A stretch of 64,000 nt of DNA from the human T2T-CHM13v2.0 reference genome, Homo sapiens: NCBI RefSeq assembly GCF_009914755.1, contig NC_060948.1; one strand, written 5' to 3'. A program made the position numbers and the translations under genes. The notes below the pieces were generated by a model, which was not told where the DNA came from, searched no databases, and worked only from the letters and a program-made list of their open reading frames with translations. Below are positions 39,270 through 53,409 of the stretch, in pieces. Positions within the stretch are counted from its first letter, which is position 1; each line of letters starts with the position of its first letter.

Positions 39270-42200
39270 AAAATAGAATGAAAGAGAATCAAATGGAATT
39301 GAATCGAATGGAATCGAATGGATTGGAAAGGAATAGAATGGAATGGAATGGAATTGACTCAAATGGAATGGACTAGAATGGAATGGATTCGAATGGAAGG
39401 CAAAGGAATGGAATCTATTGGAATGGACTGTAATGGAATGGAATGGAAGGGATTGGAATGGGCTCGAATGGAATGGACTGCAATAGAAAGGATTCGAATG
39501 GAATGAAAAAGAATTGAATGGAATAGAACAGAATGGAATCAAATCGAATGAAATGGAATGGAATAGAAAGGAATGGAATGAAATGGAATGGAAAGGATTC
39601 GAATGGAATGCAATCGAATGGAATGGAATCGAACGGAATGGAATAAAATGGAAGAAAACTGGCAAGAAATGGAATCGAAATGAATGGAGTGTTATGGAAC
39701 GGAGTCAAAAGGAATTGAATGTAATAGAATGGAGTGGAGTGGACTCGAATATAATGGACTGGAATGGAATGAAATCACATGGAATGGGAACGAATGGAAT
39801 GGAATGGAAAGGAATGGAATCGAATGGAAAGGAATCGAATGGAAGGGAATGCAATTGAATCAACAGGAATGGAAGGGAATAGAATAGACGGTAATGGAAT
39901 GGACTCGAATAGAATGGACAGGAATGCTCAAATTGAATGGACTCGAATGGAATGGAAACGAAAGGAATGTCATCGAATGGAATTGAATCGATTGGAATGA
40001 AATCATATAGAATGGAGTGGAATCAAATGGAATTGAATCGAAAGGAAAGGAAACAAATGGACTGAAATGAAATGGAATGGAATTGAATGGAAAGTTATGT
40101 AATGGAATAGAGTGGAACGAAATTTCACGGAATTTATTCAAACTGAATGGAATCAAATCAATGGAATCAAATCAAATGGAATGGAAAGGAATTGAATGGA
40201 GTAGTTTGGATTGGATGGGATTGGAATGAAATGTACTGGAAAGGACTCGAATTTCATGAAACGGATTGGAATGAATTGGAACGGAACGGACTCGAATGGA
40301 ATGGAATGTCATGGAATGGCATCAAATGGAATGGCATCAAATGGAATGGAATCGAATGCAATGGAATGCTATGGAATGGAATGGAATGCATTGGAATGGA
40401 ATGTCCTCTAATGGAATGGATTCGAGTGGAATGGAATCGAATATAATGGAGTCGAATGAAATGGAACTGAAAGGAATGGGATCGAATACAATGGAATATA
40501 CTGGAATGTAATGTAATGAACTCGAATGTAATTGACTGGAATGGAATGTACATGAATGGAATGTAATCGAATGGAAAGTAATCCAATGGAATAGAATCTG
40601 ATGCAATAAAATCGACTCAGATAGAGTAGAATGTAATGGAATGGAGTGCAGTGCAATGGAATGGAATGGAATGCAATGGAATGGAATGGAATGGAATGGA
40701 ATGGAATGGAATGGAATGGTGTGGAATGGATAGTAATGGACTGGAGTGAAATGGACTGGAAAGGAATGGACTCAAATTGAAAGGGCTCGAAAGGAATGGA
40801 GTCAAATGGAATGGTCTGGAATGGAATGAACACGAATGTAATGCAATCCAATAGAATGGAATCGAATGGCATGGAATATAAAGAAATGGAATCGAAGAGA
40901 ATGGAAACAAATGGAATGGAATTGAGTGGAATCGAATTGAATGGAATGGGAACGAATGGAGTGAAATTGTATGCAGTAGAAGAGAATAGAATGGAATGCA
41001 AGCGAAAGGAAAGGAATGGATTGGAATGGAATGGAATTCATTGGAATGGAAGGGAATGTAGTGTAATGGACAGGCCTGGAATAAAGTGGAATGCTACGGT
41101 CTCGAATGGAATAAAAATGTATGGAATGGAATGCAATGAAACGGAATAGAATGTCATAGAATGTAATGGAATGCAACAAAATGGAATCCAAAATCATTGA
41201 CTGGAAAGGCTGGGTGTCGAAAGGAATTGACTCCAATGGAATGGAATCGAATGGAATGGAAGTGAATAGAATCGAACTAAATCGAATGGAATGGAATTGA
41301 TAGGAACGGAATGGAAAGGAATGCAATGATTTGGCATGGAATGGAATCGAATGGCATCGAATGGAATGGAATGGAATGCAATGGAATGGAATGTATTAGA
41401 ATGTAATGAACTTTAATGGAATGTACTCGAATGGATTCGACTGGAATGGAATGTTCTGGAAGTGAATGGACTCCAATGGAATGGATTCAAAAGGAATGGA
41501 ATCGTACGGAATGGAATCTAATGGAATGGAATTAAATGGAAATGAATCAAATTGAATAGCACGGAATTGAATTGAATGGAATGGAATGCAATGGAATCTA
41601 ATGAAACGGAAAGGAAAGGAATGGAATGGAATGGAATGGGCTGGAATGGAAAGGAATCGAAACGAATGGAATGGAATCGAACTGAAGAGACTGGAATGGA
41701 ATGCACTGGAATGGAAGGGAGTGTAATGGAAGGTTCTCGAAAAAAATGGAATCGAATGGAATGGAATTGAATGGAACGGAATAGAGTCGAATGGAATTGA
41801 ATGGAATGGAATGGACTAGAGTGAAATGGAATCGAACCACAAGGAATGGAGAGGAATAGAATGGTCTCGAATTGAATGGAATCATATGGAATGGCATCAA
41901 ACGGAATGGAATGGACAGCCACGGAATGGAATGCACTCGAATGCAATGGAGTCGAAACTAATGGACTGGAATAGAATGGACTCGACTGGTACGGACTCCA
42001 ATGGAATGGAATCGAATGGAAGGGAATCGAACGGAATGGACTCGAAGGGAAAAGACTGCAATGGAAAGGTCTCGAATGGAATGGAAATTAATGGAATGGA
42101 ATGGAATCGAATGAAATGGAGTCAAAAGGAATGGAATCGAATGGCAAGAAATCGAATGTAATGGAATCGCAAGGAATTGATGTGAACGGAACGGAATGGA

Positions 42201-42818
42201 ATGGAATCCAAAGGAATGGAATAGAATGGAATGGAATCGAATGGAAAGGACTCGAATGGAAATCACTCGAATAGAATGCAATTTAATAAAATAGGATCAA
42301 ATGTAATGGAATGGAATGGAAAGGAATCGAAACGAAAGGAATGGAGACAGATGGAATGGAATGGAACAGAGAGCAATGGTATAGAATGGAATGGAATCAT
42401 CTGGAATGGAATTGAATGGAATGGAATAATATGAAATGGAATGGAATGGAATGGAATGGAATGCCCTTGAATTAAATGGACTGGAATGGAATGGACTCGA
42501 ACAGAGTGGAATGGAAAGTGTTGAGATAGAATGGAATGGACTCCTTTGGAATGGTGTAGTATGCAATGCAATCGACTGGCAGGGAATCAAAAGGAATGTA
42601 ATGGAATGGATTGGACTGGAATGCAATGGACTCGAATAGATTGGAAACGGAATGCAAAGGAATGGAATGGAATAGTATGGAATGGAATGGAAAGGAATGG
42701 AGTGGAATAGACTAGAGTGGAATGGAATGGACTGGAAAGCAATGGACTGGAATGGAACTTTCTTGAATGGACTGGAATCAAACGGAATGGAATGCAATGC
42801 AATCAAATGGCATGGAAT
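39270..42818 (+). repeat. DYZ1 unit 12 (3549 bp)
   Basis: StuI at 41072. Confidence 0.92.
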
Positions 42819-45800
42819 AAAATAGAATGAAAGAGAATCAAATGGAATTGAATCGAATGGAATCGAATGGATTGGAAAGGAATAGAATGGAATGGAATGG
42901 AATTGACTCAAATGGAATGGACTAGAATGGAATGGATTCGAATGGAAGGCAAAGGAATGGAATCTATTGGAATGGACTGTAATGGAATGGAATGGAAGGG
43001 ATTGGAATGGGCTCGAATGGAATGGACTGCAATAGAAAGAATTCGAATGGAATGAAAAAGAATTGAATGGAATAGAACAGAATGGAATCAAATCGAATGA
43101 AATGGAATGGAATAGAAAGGAATGGAATGAAATGGAATGGAAAGGATTCGAATGGAATGCAATCGAATGGAATGGAATCGAACGGAATGGAATAAAATGG
43201 AAGAAAACTGGCAAGAAATGGAATCGAAATGAATGGAGTGTTATGGAACGGAGTCAAAAGGAATTGAATGTAATAGAATGGAGTGGAGTGGACTCGAATA
43301 TAATGGACTGGAATGGAATGAAATCACATGGAATGGGAACGAATGGAATGGAATGGAAAGGAATGGAATCGAATGGAAAGGAATCGAATGGAAGGGAATG
43401 CAATTGAATCAACAGGAATGGAAGGGAATAGAATAGACGGTAATGGAATGGACTCGAATAGAATGGACAGGAATGCTCAAATTGAATGGAAACGAAAGGA
43501 ATGTCATCGAATGGAATTGAATCGATTGGAATGAAATCATATAGAATGGAGTGGAATCAAATGGAATTGAATCGAAAGGAAAGGAAACAAATGGACTGAA
43601 ATGAAATGGAATGGAATTGAATGGAAAGTTATGTAATGGAATAGAGTGGAACGAAATTTCACGGAATGGATTCAAACTGAATGGAATCAAATCAATGGAA
43701 TCAAATCAAATGGAATGGAAAGGAATTGAATGGAGTAGTTTGGATTGGATGGGATTGGAATGAAATGTACTGGAAAGGACTCGAATTTCATGAAACGGAA
43801 TGGAATGAATTGGAACGGAACGGACTCGAATGGAATGGAATGTCATGGAATGGCATCAAATGGAATGGCATCAAATGGAATGGAATCGAATGCAATGGAA
43901 TGCTATGGAATGGAATGGAATGCATTGGAATGGAATGTCCTCTAATGGAATGGATTCGAGTGGAATGGAATCGAATATAATGGAGTCGAATGAAATGGAA
44001 CTGAAAGGAATGGGATCGAATACAATGGAATATACTGGAATGTAATGTAATGAACTCGAATGTAATTGACTGGAATGGAATGTACATGAATGGAATGTAA
44101 TCGAATGGAAAGTAATCCAATGGAATAGAATCTAATGCAATAAAATCGACTCAGATAGAGTAGAATGTAATGGAATGGAGTGCAGTGCAATGGAATGGAA
44201 TGGAATGCAATGGAATGGAATGGAATGGAATGGAATGGAATGGAATGGTGTGGAATGGATAGTAATGGACTGGAGTGAAATGGACTGGAAAGGAATGGAC
44301 TCAAATTGAAAGGGCTCGAAAGGAATGGAGTCAAATGGAATGGTCTGGAATGGAATGAACACGAATGTAATGCAATCCAATAGAATGGAATCGAATGGCA
44401 TGGAATATAAAGAAATGGAATCGAAGAGAATGGAAACAAATGGAATGGAATTGAGTGGAATCGAATTGAATGGAATGGGAACGAATGGAGTGAAATTGTA
44501 TGCAGTAGAAGAGAATAGAATGGAATGCAAGCGAAAGGAAAGGAATGGATTGGAATGGAATGGAATTCATTGGAATGGAAGGGAATGTAGTGTAATGGAC
44601 AGGCCTGGAATAAAGTGGAATGCTACGGTCTCGAATGGAATAAAAATGTATGGAATGGAATGCAATGAAACGGAATCGAATGTCATAGAATGTAATGGAA
44701 TGCAACAAAATGGAATCCAAAATCATTGACTGGAAAGGCTGGGTGTCGAAAGGAATTGACTCCAATGGAATGGAATCGAATGGAATGGAAGTGAATAGAA
44801 TCGAACTAAATCGAATGGAATGGAATTGATAGGAACGGAATGGAAAGGAATGCAATGATTTGGCATGGAATGGAATCGAATGGCATCGAATGGAATGGAA
44901 TGGAATGCAATGGAATGGAATGTATTAGAATGTAATGAACTTTAATGGAATGTACTCGAATGGATTCGACTGGAATGGAATGTTCTGGAAGTGAATGGAC
45001 TCCAATGGAATGGATTCCAAAGGAATGCAATCGTACGGAATGGAATCTAATGGAATGGAATTAAATGGAAATGAATCAAATTGAATAGCACGGAATTGAA
45101 TTGAATGAAATGGAATGCAATGGAATCTAATGAAACGGAAAGGAAAGGAATGGAATGGAATGGAATGGGCTGGAATGGAAAGGAATCGAAACGAATGGAA
45201 TGGAATCGAACTGAAGAGACTGGAATGGAATGCACTGGAATGGAAGGAAGTGTAATGGAAGGTTCTCGAAAAAAATGGAATCGAATGGAATGGAATTGAA
45301 TGGAACGGAATAGAGTCGAATGAAATTGAATGGAATGGAATGGACTAGAGTGAAATGGAATCGAACCACAAGGAATGGACAGGAATAGAATGGTCTCGAA
45401 TTGAATGGAATCGTATGGAATGGCATCAAACGGAATGGAATGGACAGCCACGGAATGGAATGCACTCGAATGCAATGGAGTCGAAACTAATGGACTGGAA
45501 TAGAATGGACTCGACTGGTACGGACTCCAATGGAATGGAATCGAATGGAAGGGAATTGAACGGAATGGACTCGAAGGGAAAAGACTGCAATGGAAAGGTC
45601 TCGAATGGAATGGAAATTAATGGAATGGAATGGAATCGAATGAAATGGAGTCAAAAGGAATGGAATCGAATGGCAAGAAATCGAATGTAATGGAATCGCA
45701 AGGAATTGATGTGAACGGAACGGAATGGAATGGAATCCAAAGGAATGGAATAGAATGGAATGGAATCGAATGGAAAGGACTCGAATGGAAATCACTCGAA

Positions 45801-46347
45801 TAGAATGCAATTTAATAAAATAGGATCAAATGGAATGGAATGGAATGGAAAGGAATCGAAACGAAAGGAATGGAGACAGATGGAATGGAATGGAACAGAG
45901 AGCAATGCTATAGAATGGAATGGAATCATCTGGAATGGAATTGAATGGAATGGAATAATGTGAAATGGAATGGAATGGAATGGAATGGAATGCCCTTGAA
46001 TTAAATGGACTGGAATGGAATGGACTCGAACAGAGTGGAATGGAAAGTGTTGAGATAGAATGGAATGGACTCCTTTGGAATGGTCTAGTATGCAATGCAA
46101 TCGACTGGTAGGGAATCAAAAGGAATGAAATCGAATGGATTGGACTGGAATGCAATGGACTCGAATAGATTGGAAACGGAATGCAAAGGAATGGAATGGA
46201 ATAGTATGGAATGGAATGGAAAGGAATGGAGTGGAATAGACTAGAGTGGAATGGAATGGACTGGAAAGCAATGGACTGGAATGGAACTTTCTTGAATGGA
46301 CTGGAATCAAACGGAATGGAATGCAATGCAATCAAATGGCATGGAAT
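42819..46347 (+). repeat. DYZ1 unit 13 (3529 bp; 15-bp deletion)
   Basis: StuI at 44601; deletion junction near 43490; extra EcoRI at 43039. Confidence 0.92.
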
Positions 46348-49300
46348 AAAATAGAATGAAAGAGAATCAAATGGAATTGAATCGAATGGAATCGAATGGA
46401 TTGGAAAGGAATAGAATGGAATGGAATGGAATTGACTCAAATGGAATGGACTAGAATGGAATGGATTCGAATGGAAGGCAAAGGAATGGAATCTATTGGA
46501 ATGGACTGTAATGGAATGGAATGGAAGGGATTGGAATGGACTCGAATGGAATGGACTGCAATAGAAAGGATTCCAATGGAATGAAAAAGAATTGAATGGA
46601 ATAGAACAGAATGGAATCAAATCGAATGAAATGGAATGGAATAGAAAGGAATGGAATGAAATGGAATGGAAAGGATTCGAATGGAATGCAATCGAATGGA
46701 ATGGAATCGAACGGAATGGAATAAAATGGAAGAAAACTGGCAAGAAATGGAATCGAAATGAATGGAGTGTTATGGAACGGACTCAAAAGGAATTGAATGT
46801 AATAGAATGGAGTGGAGTGGACTCGAATATAATGGACTGGAATGGAATGAAATCACATGGAATGGGAACGAATGGAATGGAATGGAAAGGAATGGAATCG
46901 AATGGAAAGGAATCGAATGGAAGGGAATGAAATTGAATCAACAGGAATGGAAGGGAATAGAATAGACGGTAATGGAATGGACTCGAATAGAATGGACACG
47001 AATGCTCAAATTGAATGGACTCGAATGGAATGGAAACGAAAGGAATGTCATCGAATGGAATTGAATGGATTGGAATGAAATCGCATAGAATGGAGTGGAA
47101 TCAAATGGAATTGAATCGAAAGGAAAGGAAGCGAATGGACTGAAATGAAATGGAATGGAATTGAATGGAAAGTAATGCAATGGAATAGAATGGAACGAAA
47201 TTTCACGGAATGGAATCAAACTGAATGGAATCAAATCAATGGAATCTAATCAAATGGAATGGAAAGGAATTGAATGGAGTAGATTGGATTGAATGGGATT
47301 GGAATGAAATGTACTGGAAAGGACTCGAATTTCATGAAACGGAATGGAATGAATTGGAACGGAATGGACTCGAATGGAATGGAATGTCATGGAATGGCAT
47401 CAAATGGAATGGCATCAAATGGAATGGAATCGAATGCAATGGAATGTTATGGAATGGAATGGAATGCATTGGAATGGAATGTCCTCTAATGGAATGGATT
47501 CGAGTGGAATGGAATCGAATATAATGGAGTCGAATGAAATGGAATTGAAAGGAATGGGATCGAATAGAATGGAATATACTGGAATGTAATGTAATGAACT
47601 CGAATGTAATTGACTGGAATGGAATGTACATGAATGGAAGGTAATCGAATGGAAAGTAATCCAATGGAATAGAATCTAATGCAATAAAACCGACTCAGAT
47701 AGAGTAGAATGTAATGGAATGGAGTGCAGTGCAATGGAATGGAATGGAATTGAATGCAATGGAATGGAATGGAATGGAATGGAATGGAATGGGATGGAAT
47801 GGTATGGAATGGATAGAAATGGACTGGAGTGAAATGGACTGGAAAGGAATGGACTCAAATTGAAAGGGCTCGAAAGGAATGGAGTCAAATGGAATGGTCT
47901 GGAATGGAATGAACACGAATGTAATGCAATCCAATAGAATGGAATCGAATGGCATGGAATATAAAGAAATGGATACGAAGAGAATGGAAACAAATGGAAT
48001 GGAATTGAATGGAATGGAATTGAATGGAATGGGAACGAATGGAGTGAAATTGTATGCAGTAGAAGGGAATAGAATGGAATGCAAGCGAAAGGAAAGGAAT
48101 GGATTGGAATGGAATGGAATTCATTGGAATGGAAGGGAATTTAGTGTAATGGACAGGCCTGGAATAAAGTGGAATGCTACGGTCTCGAATGGAATAAAAA
48201 TGTATGGAATGGAATGCAATGAAACGGAATCGAATGTCATAGAATGTAATGGAATGCAACAAAATGGAATCCAAAATCATTGACTGGAAAGGCTGGGTGT
48301 CGAAAGGAATTGACTCCAATGGAATGGAATCGAATGGAATGGAAGTGAATAGAATCGAACTAAATCGAATGGAATGGAATTGATAGGAACGGAATGGAAA
48401 GGAATGCAATGATTTGGCATGGAATGGAATCGAATGGCATCGAATGGAATGGAATGGAATGCAATGGAATGGAATGTATTAGAATGTAATGAACTTTAAT
48501 GGAATGTACTCGAATGGATTCGACTGGAATGGAATGTTCTGGAAGTGAATGGACTCCAATGGAATGGATTCCAAAGGAATGGAATCGTACGGAATGGAAT
48601 CTAATGGAATGGAATTAAATGGAAATGAATCAAATTGAATAGCACGGAATTGAATTGAATGGAATGGAATACAATGGAATCTAATGAAACGGAAAGGAAA
48701 GGAATGGAATGGAATGGAATGGGCTGGAATGGAAGGGAGTGTAATGGAAGGTTCTCGAAAAAAATGGAATCGAATGGAATGGAATTGAATGGAACGGAAT
48801 AGAGTCGAATGGAATTGAATGGAATGGAATGGACTAGAGTGAAATGGAATCGAACCACAAGGAATGGAGAGGAATAGAATGGTCTCGAATTGAATGGAAT
48901 CATATGGAATGGCATCAAACGGAATGGAATGGACAGCCACGGAATGGAATGCACTCGAATGCAATGGAGTCGAAACTAATGGACTGGAATAGAATGGACT
49001 CGACTGGTACGGACTCCAATGGAATGGAATCGAATGGAAGGGAATCGAACGGAATGGACTCGAAGGGAAAAGACTGCAATGGAAAGGTCTCGAATGGAAT
49101 GGAAATTAATGGAATGGAATGGAATCGAATGAAATGGAGTCAAAAGGAATGGAATCGAATGGCAAGAAATCGAATGTAATGGAATCGCAAGGAATTGATG
49201 TGAACGGAACGGAATGGAATGGAATCCAAAGGAATGGAATAGAATGGAATGGAATCGAATGGAAAGGACTCGAATGGAAATCACTCGAATAGAATGCAAT

Positions 49301-49836
49301 GTAATAAAATAGGATCAAATATAATGGAATGGAATGGAAAGGAATCGAAACGAAAGGAATGGAGACAGATGGAATGGAATAGAACAGAGAGCAATGGTAT
49401 AGAATGGAATGGAATCATCTGGAATGGAATTGAATGGAATGGAATAATATGAAATGGAATGGAATGGAATGGAATGGAATGCCCTTGAATTAAATGGACT
49501 GGAATGGAATGGACTCGAACAGAGTGGAATGGAAAGTGTTGAGATAGAATGGAATGGACTCCTTTGGAATGGTGTAGTATGCAATGCAATCGACTGGCAG
49601 GGAATCAAAAGGAATGTAATCGAATGGATTGGACTGGAATGCAATGGACTCGAATAGATTGCAAACAGAATGCAAAGGAATGGAATGGAATAGTATGGAA
49701 TGGAATGGAAAGGAATGGAGTGGAATAGACTAGAGTGGAATGGAATGGACTGGAAAGCAATGGACTGGAATGGAACTTTCTTGAATAGACTGGAATCAAA
49801 CGGAATGGAATGCAATGCAATCAATCGGCATGGAAT
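46348..49836 (+). repeat. DYZ1 unit 14 (3489 bp; 65-bp deletion)
   Basis: StuI at 48155; deletion junction 48724-48734. Confidence 0.92.
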
Positions 49837-52800
49837 AAAATAGAATGAAAGAGAATCAAATGGAATTGAATCGAATGGAATCGAATGGATTGGAAAGGAA
49901 TAGAATGGAATGGAATGGAATGGACTCAAATGGAATGGACTAGAATGGAATGGATTCGAATGGAAGGCAAAGGAATGGAATCTATTGGAATGGACTGTAA
50001 TGGAATGGAATGGAAGGGATTGGAATGGACTCGAATGGAATGGACTGCAATAGAAAGGATTCGAATGGAATGAAAAAGAATTGAATGGAATAGAACAGAA
50101 TGGAATCAAATCGAATGAAATGGAATGGAATAGAAAGGAATGGAATGAAATGGAATGGAAAGGATTCGAATGGAATACAATCGAATGGAATGGAATCGAA
50201 CGGAATGGAATAAAATGGAAGAAAACTGGCAAGAAATGGAATCGAAATGAATGGAGTGTTATGGAACGGACTCAAAAGGAATTGAATGTAATAGAATGGA
50301 GTGGAGTGGACTCGAATATAATGGACTGGAATGGAATGAAATCACATGGAATGGGAACGAATGGAATGGAATGGAAAGGAATGGAATCGAATGGAAAGGA
50401 ATCGAATGGAAGGGAATGAAATTGAATCAACAGGAATGGAAGGGAATAGAATAGACGGTAATGGAATGGACTCGAATAGAATGGACACGAATGCTCAAAT
50501 TGAATGGACTCGAATGGAATGGAAACGAAAGGAATGTCATCGAATGGAATTGAATCGATTGGAATGAAATCGCATAGAATGGAGTGGAATCAAATGGAAT
50601 TGAATCGAAAGGAAAGGAAGCGAATGGACTGAAATGAAATGGAATGGAATTGAATGGAAAGTAATGCAATGGAATAGAATGGAACGAAATTTCACGGAAC
50701 GGAATCAAACTGAATGGAATCAAATCAATGGAATCCACTCAAATGGAATGGAAAGGAATTGAATGGAGTAGATTGGATTGGATGGGATTGGAATGAAATG
50801 TACTGGAAAGGACTCGAATTTCATGAAACGGAATGGAATGAATTGGAACGGAATGGACTCGAATGGAATGGAATGTCATGGAATGGCATCAAATGGTATG
50901 GCATCAAATGGAATGGAATCGAATGCAATGGAATGCTATGGAATGGAATGGAATGCATTGGAATGGAATGTCCTCTAATGGAATGGATTCGAGTGGAATG
51001 GAATCGAATATAATGGAGTCGAATGAAATGGAATTGAAAGGAATGGGATCGAATACAATGGAATATACTGGAATGTAATGTAATGAACTCGAATGTAATT
51101 GACTGGAATGGAATGTACATGAATGGAATGTAATCGAATGGAAAGTAATCCAATGGAATAGAATCTAATGCAATAAAATCGACTCAGATAGAGTAGAATG
51201 TAATGGAATGGAGTGCAGTGCAATGGAATGGAATGGAATGGAATGCAATGGAATGGAATGGAATGGAATGGAATGGAATGGAATGGAATGGGATGGGATG
51301 GAATGGTATGGAATGGATAGTAATGGACTGGAGTGAAATGGACTGGAAAGGAATGGACTCAAATTGAAAGGGCTCGAAAGGAATGGAGTCAAATGGAATG
51401 GTCTGGAATGGAATGAACACGAATGTAATGCAATCCAATAGAATGGAATCGAATGGCATGGAATATAAAGAAATGGAATCGGAGAGAATGGAAACAAATG
51501 GAATGGAATTGAATGGAATGGAATTGAATGGAATGGGAACGAATGGAGTGAAATTGTATGCAGTAGAAGGGAATAGAATGGAATGCAAGCGAAAGGAAAG
51601 GAATGGATTGGAATGGAATGGAATTCATTGGAATGGAAGGGAATGTAGTGTAATGGACAGGCCTGGAATAAAGTGGAATGCTACGGTCTCGAATGGAATA
51701 AAAATGTATGGAATGGAATGCAATGAAATGGAATCGAATGTCATAGAATGTAATGGAATGCAAAAAATGGAATCCAAAATCATTGACTGGAAAGGCTGGG
51801 TGTCGAAAGGAATTGACTCCAATGGAATGGAATCGAATGGAATGGAAGTGAATAGAATCGAACTAAATCGAATGGAATGGAATTGATAGGAACGGAATGG
51901 AAAGGAATGCAATGATTTGGCATGGAATGGAATCGAATGGCATCGAATGGAATGGAATGGAATGCAATGGAATGGAATGTATTAGAATGTAATGAACTTT
52001 AATGGAATGTACTCGAATGGATTCGACTGGAATGGAATGTTCTGGAAGTGAATGGACTCCAATGGAATGGATTCCAAAGGAATGGAATCGTACGGAATGG
52101 AATCTAATGGAATGGAATTAAATGGAAATGAATCAAATTGAATAGCATGGAATTGAATTGAATGGAATGGAATGCAATGGAATCTAATGAAACGGAAAGG
52201 AAAGGAATGGAATGGAATGGAATGGGCTGGAATGGAAAGGAATCGAAACGAATGGAATGGAATCGAACTGAAGAGACTGGAATGGACTGCACTGGAATGG
52301 AAGGGAGTGTAATGGAAGGTTTTCGAAAAAAATGGAATCGAATGGAATGGAATTGAATGGAACGGAATAGAGTCGAATGGAATTGAATGGAATGGAATGG
52401 ACTAGAGTGAAATGGAATCGAACCACAAGGAATGGAGAGGAATAGAATGGTCTCGAATTGAATGGAATCGTATGGAATGGCATCAAACGGAATGGAATGG
52501 GCAGCCACGGAATGGAATGCACTCGAATGCAATGGAGTCGAAACTAATGGACTGGAATAGAATGGACTCGACTGGTACGGACTCCAATGGAATGGAATCG
52601 AATGGAAGGGAATCGAACGGAATGGACTCGAAGGGAAAAGACTGCAATGGAAAGGTCTCGAATGGAATGGAAATTAATGGAATGGAATGGAATCGAATGA
52701 AATGGAGTCAAAAGGAATGGAATCGAATGGCAAGAAATCGAATGTAATGGAATCGCAAGGAATTGATGTGAACGGAACGGAATGGAATGGAATCCAAAGG

Positions 52801-53409
52801 AATGGAATAGAATGGAATGGAATCGAATGGAAAGGACTCGAATGGCAATCACTCGAATAGAATGCAATTTAATAAAATAGGATCAAATGTAATGGAATGG
52901 AATGGAAAGGAATCGAAACGAAAGGAATGGAGACAGATGGAATGGAATGGAACAGAGAGCAATGGTATAGAATGGAATGGAATCATCTGGAATGGAATTG
53001 AATGGAATGGAATAATATGAAATGGAATGGAATGGAATGGAATGGAATGGAATGCCCTTGAATTAAATGGACTGGAATGGAATGGACTCGAACAGAGTGG
53101 AATGGAAAGTGTTGAGATAGAATGGAATGGACTCCTTTGGAATGGTGTAGTATGCAATGCAATCGACTGGCAGGGAATCAAAAGGAATGTAATGGAATGG
53201 ATTGGACTGGAATGCAATGGACTCGAATAGATTGGAAACGGAATGCAAAGGAATGGAATGGAATAGTATGGAATGGAATGGAAAGGAATGGAGTGGAATA
53301 GACTAGAGTGGAATGGAATGGACTGGAAAGCAATGGACTGGAATGGAACTTTCTTGAATGGACTGGAATCAAACGGAATGGAATGCAATGCAATCAAATG
53401 GCATGGAAT
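49837..53409 (+). repeat. DYZ1 unit 15 (3573 bp; 1-bp deletion)
   Basis: StuI at 51659; CAAAAAAT at 51761 is one base short. Confidence 0.92.
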
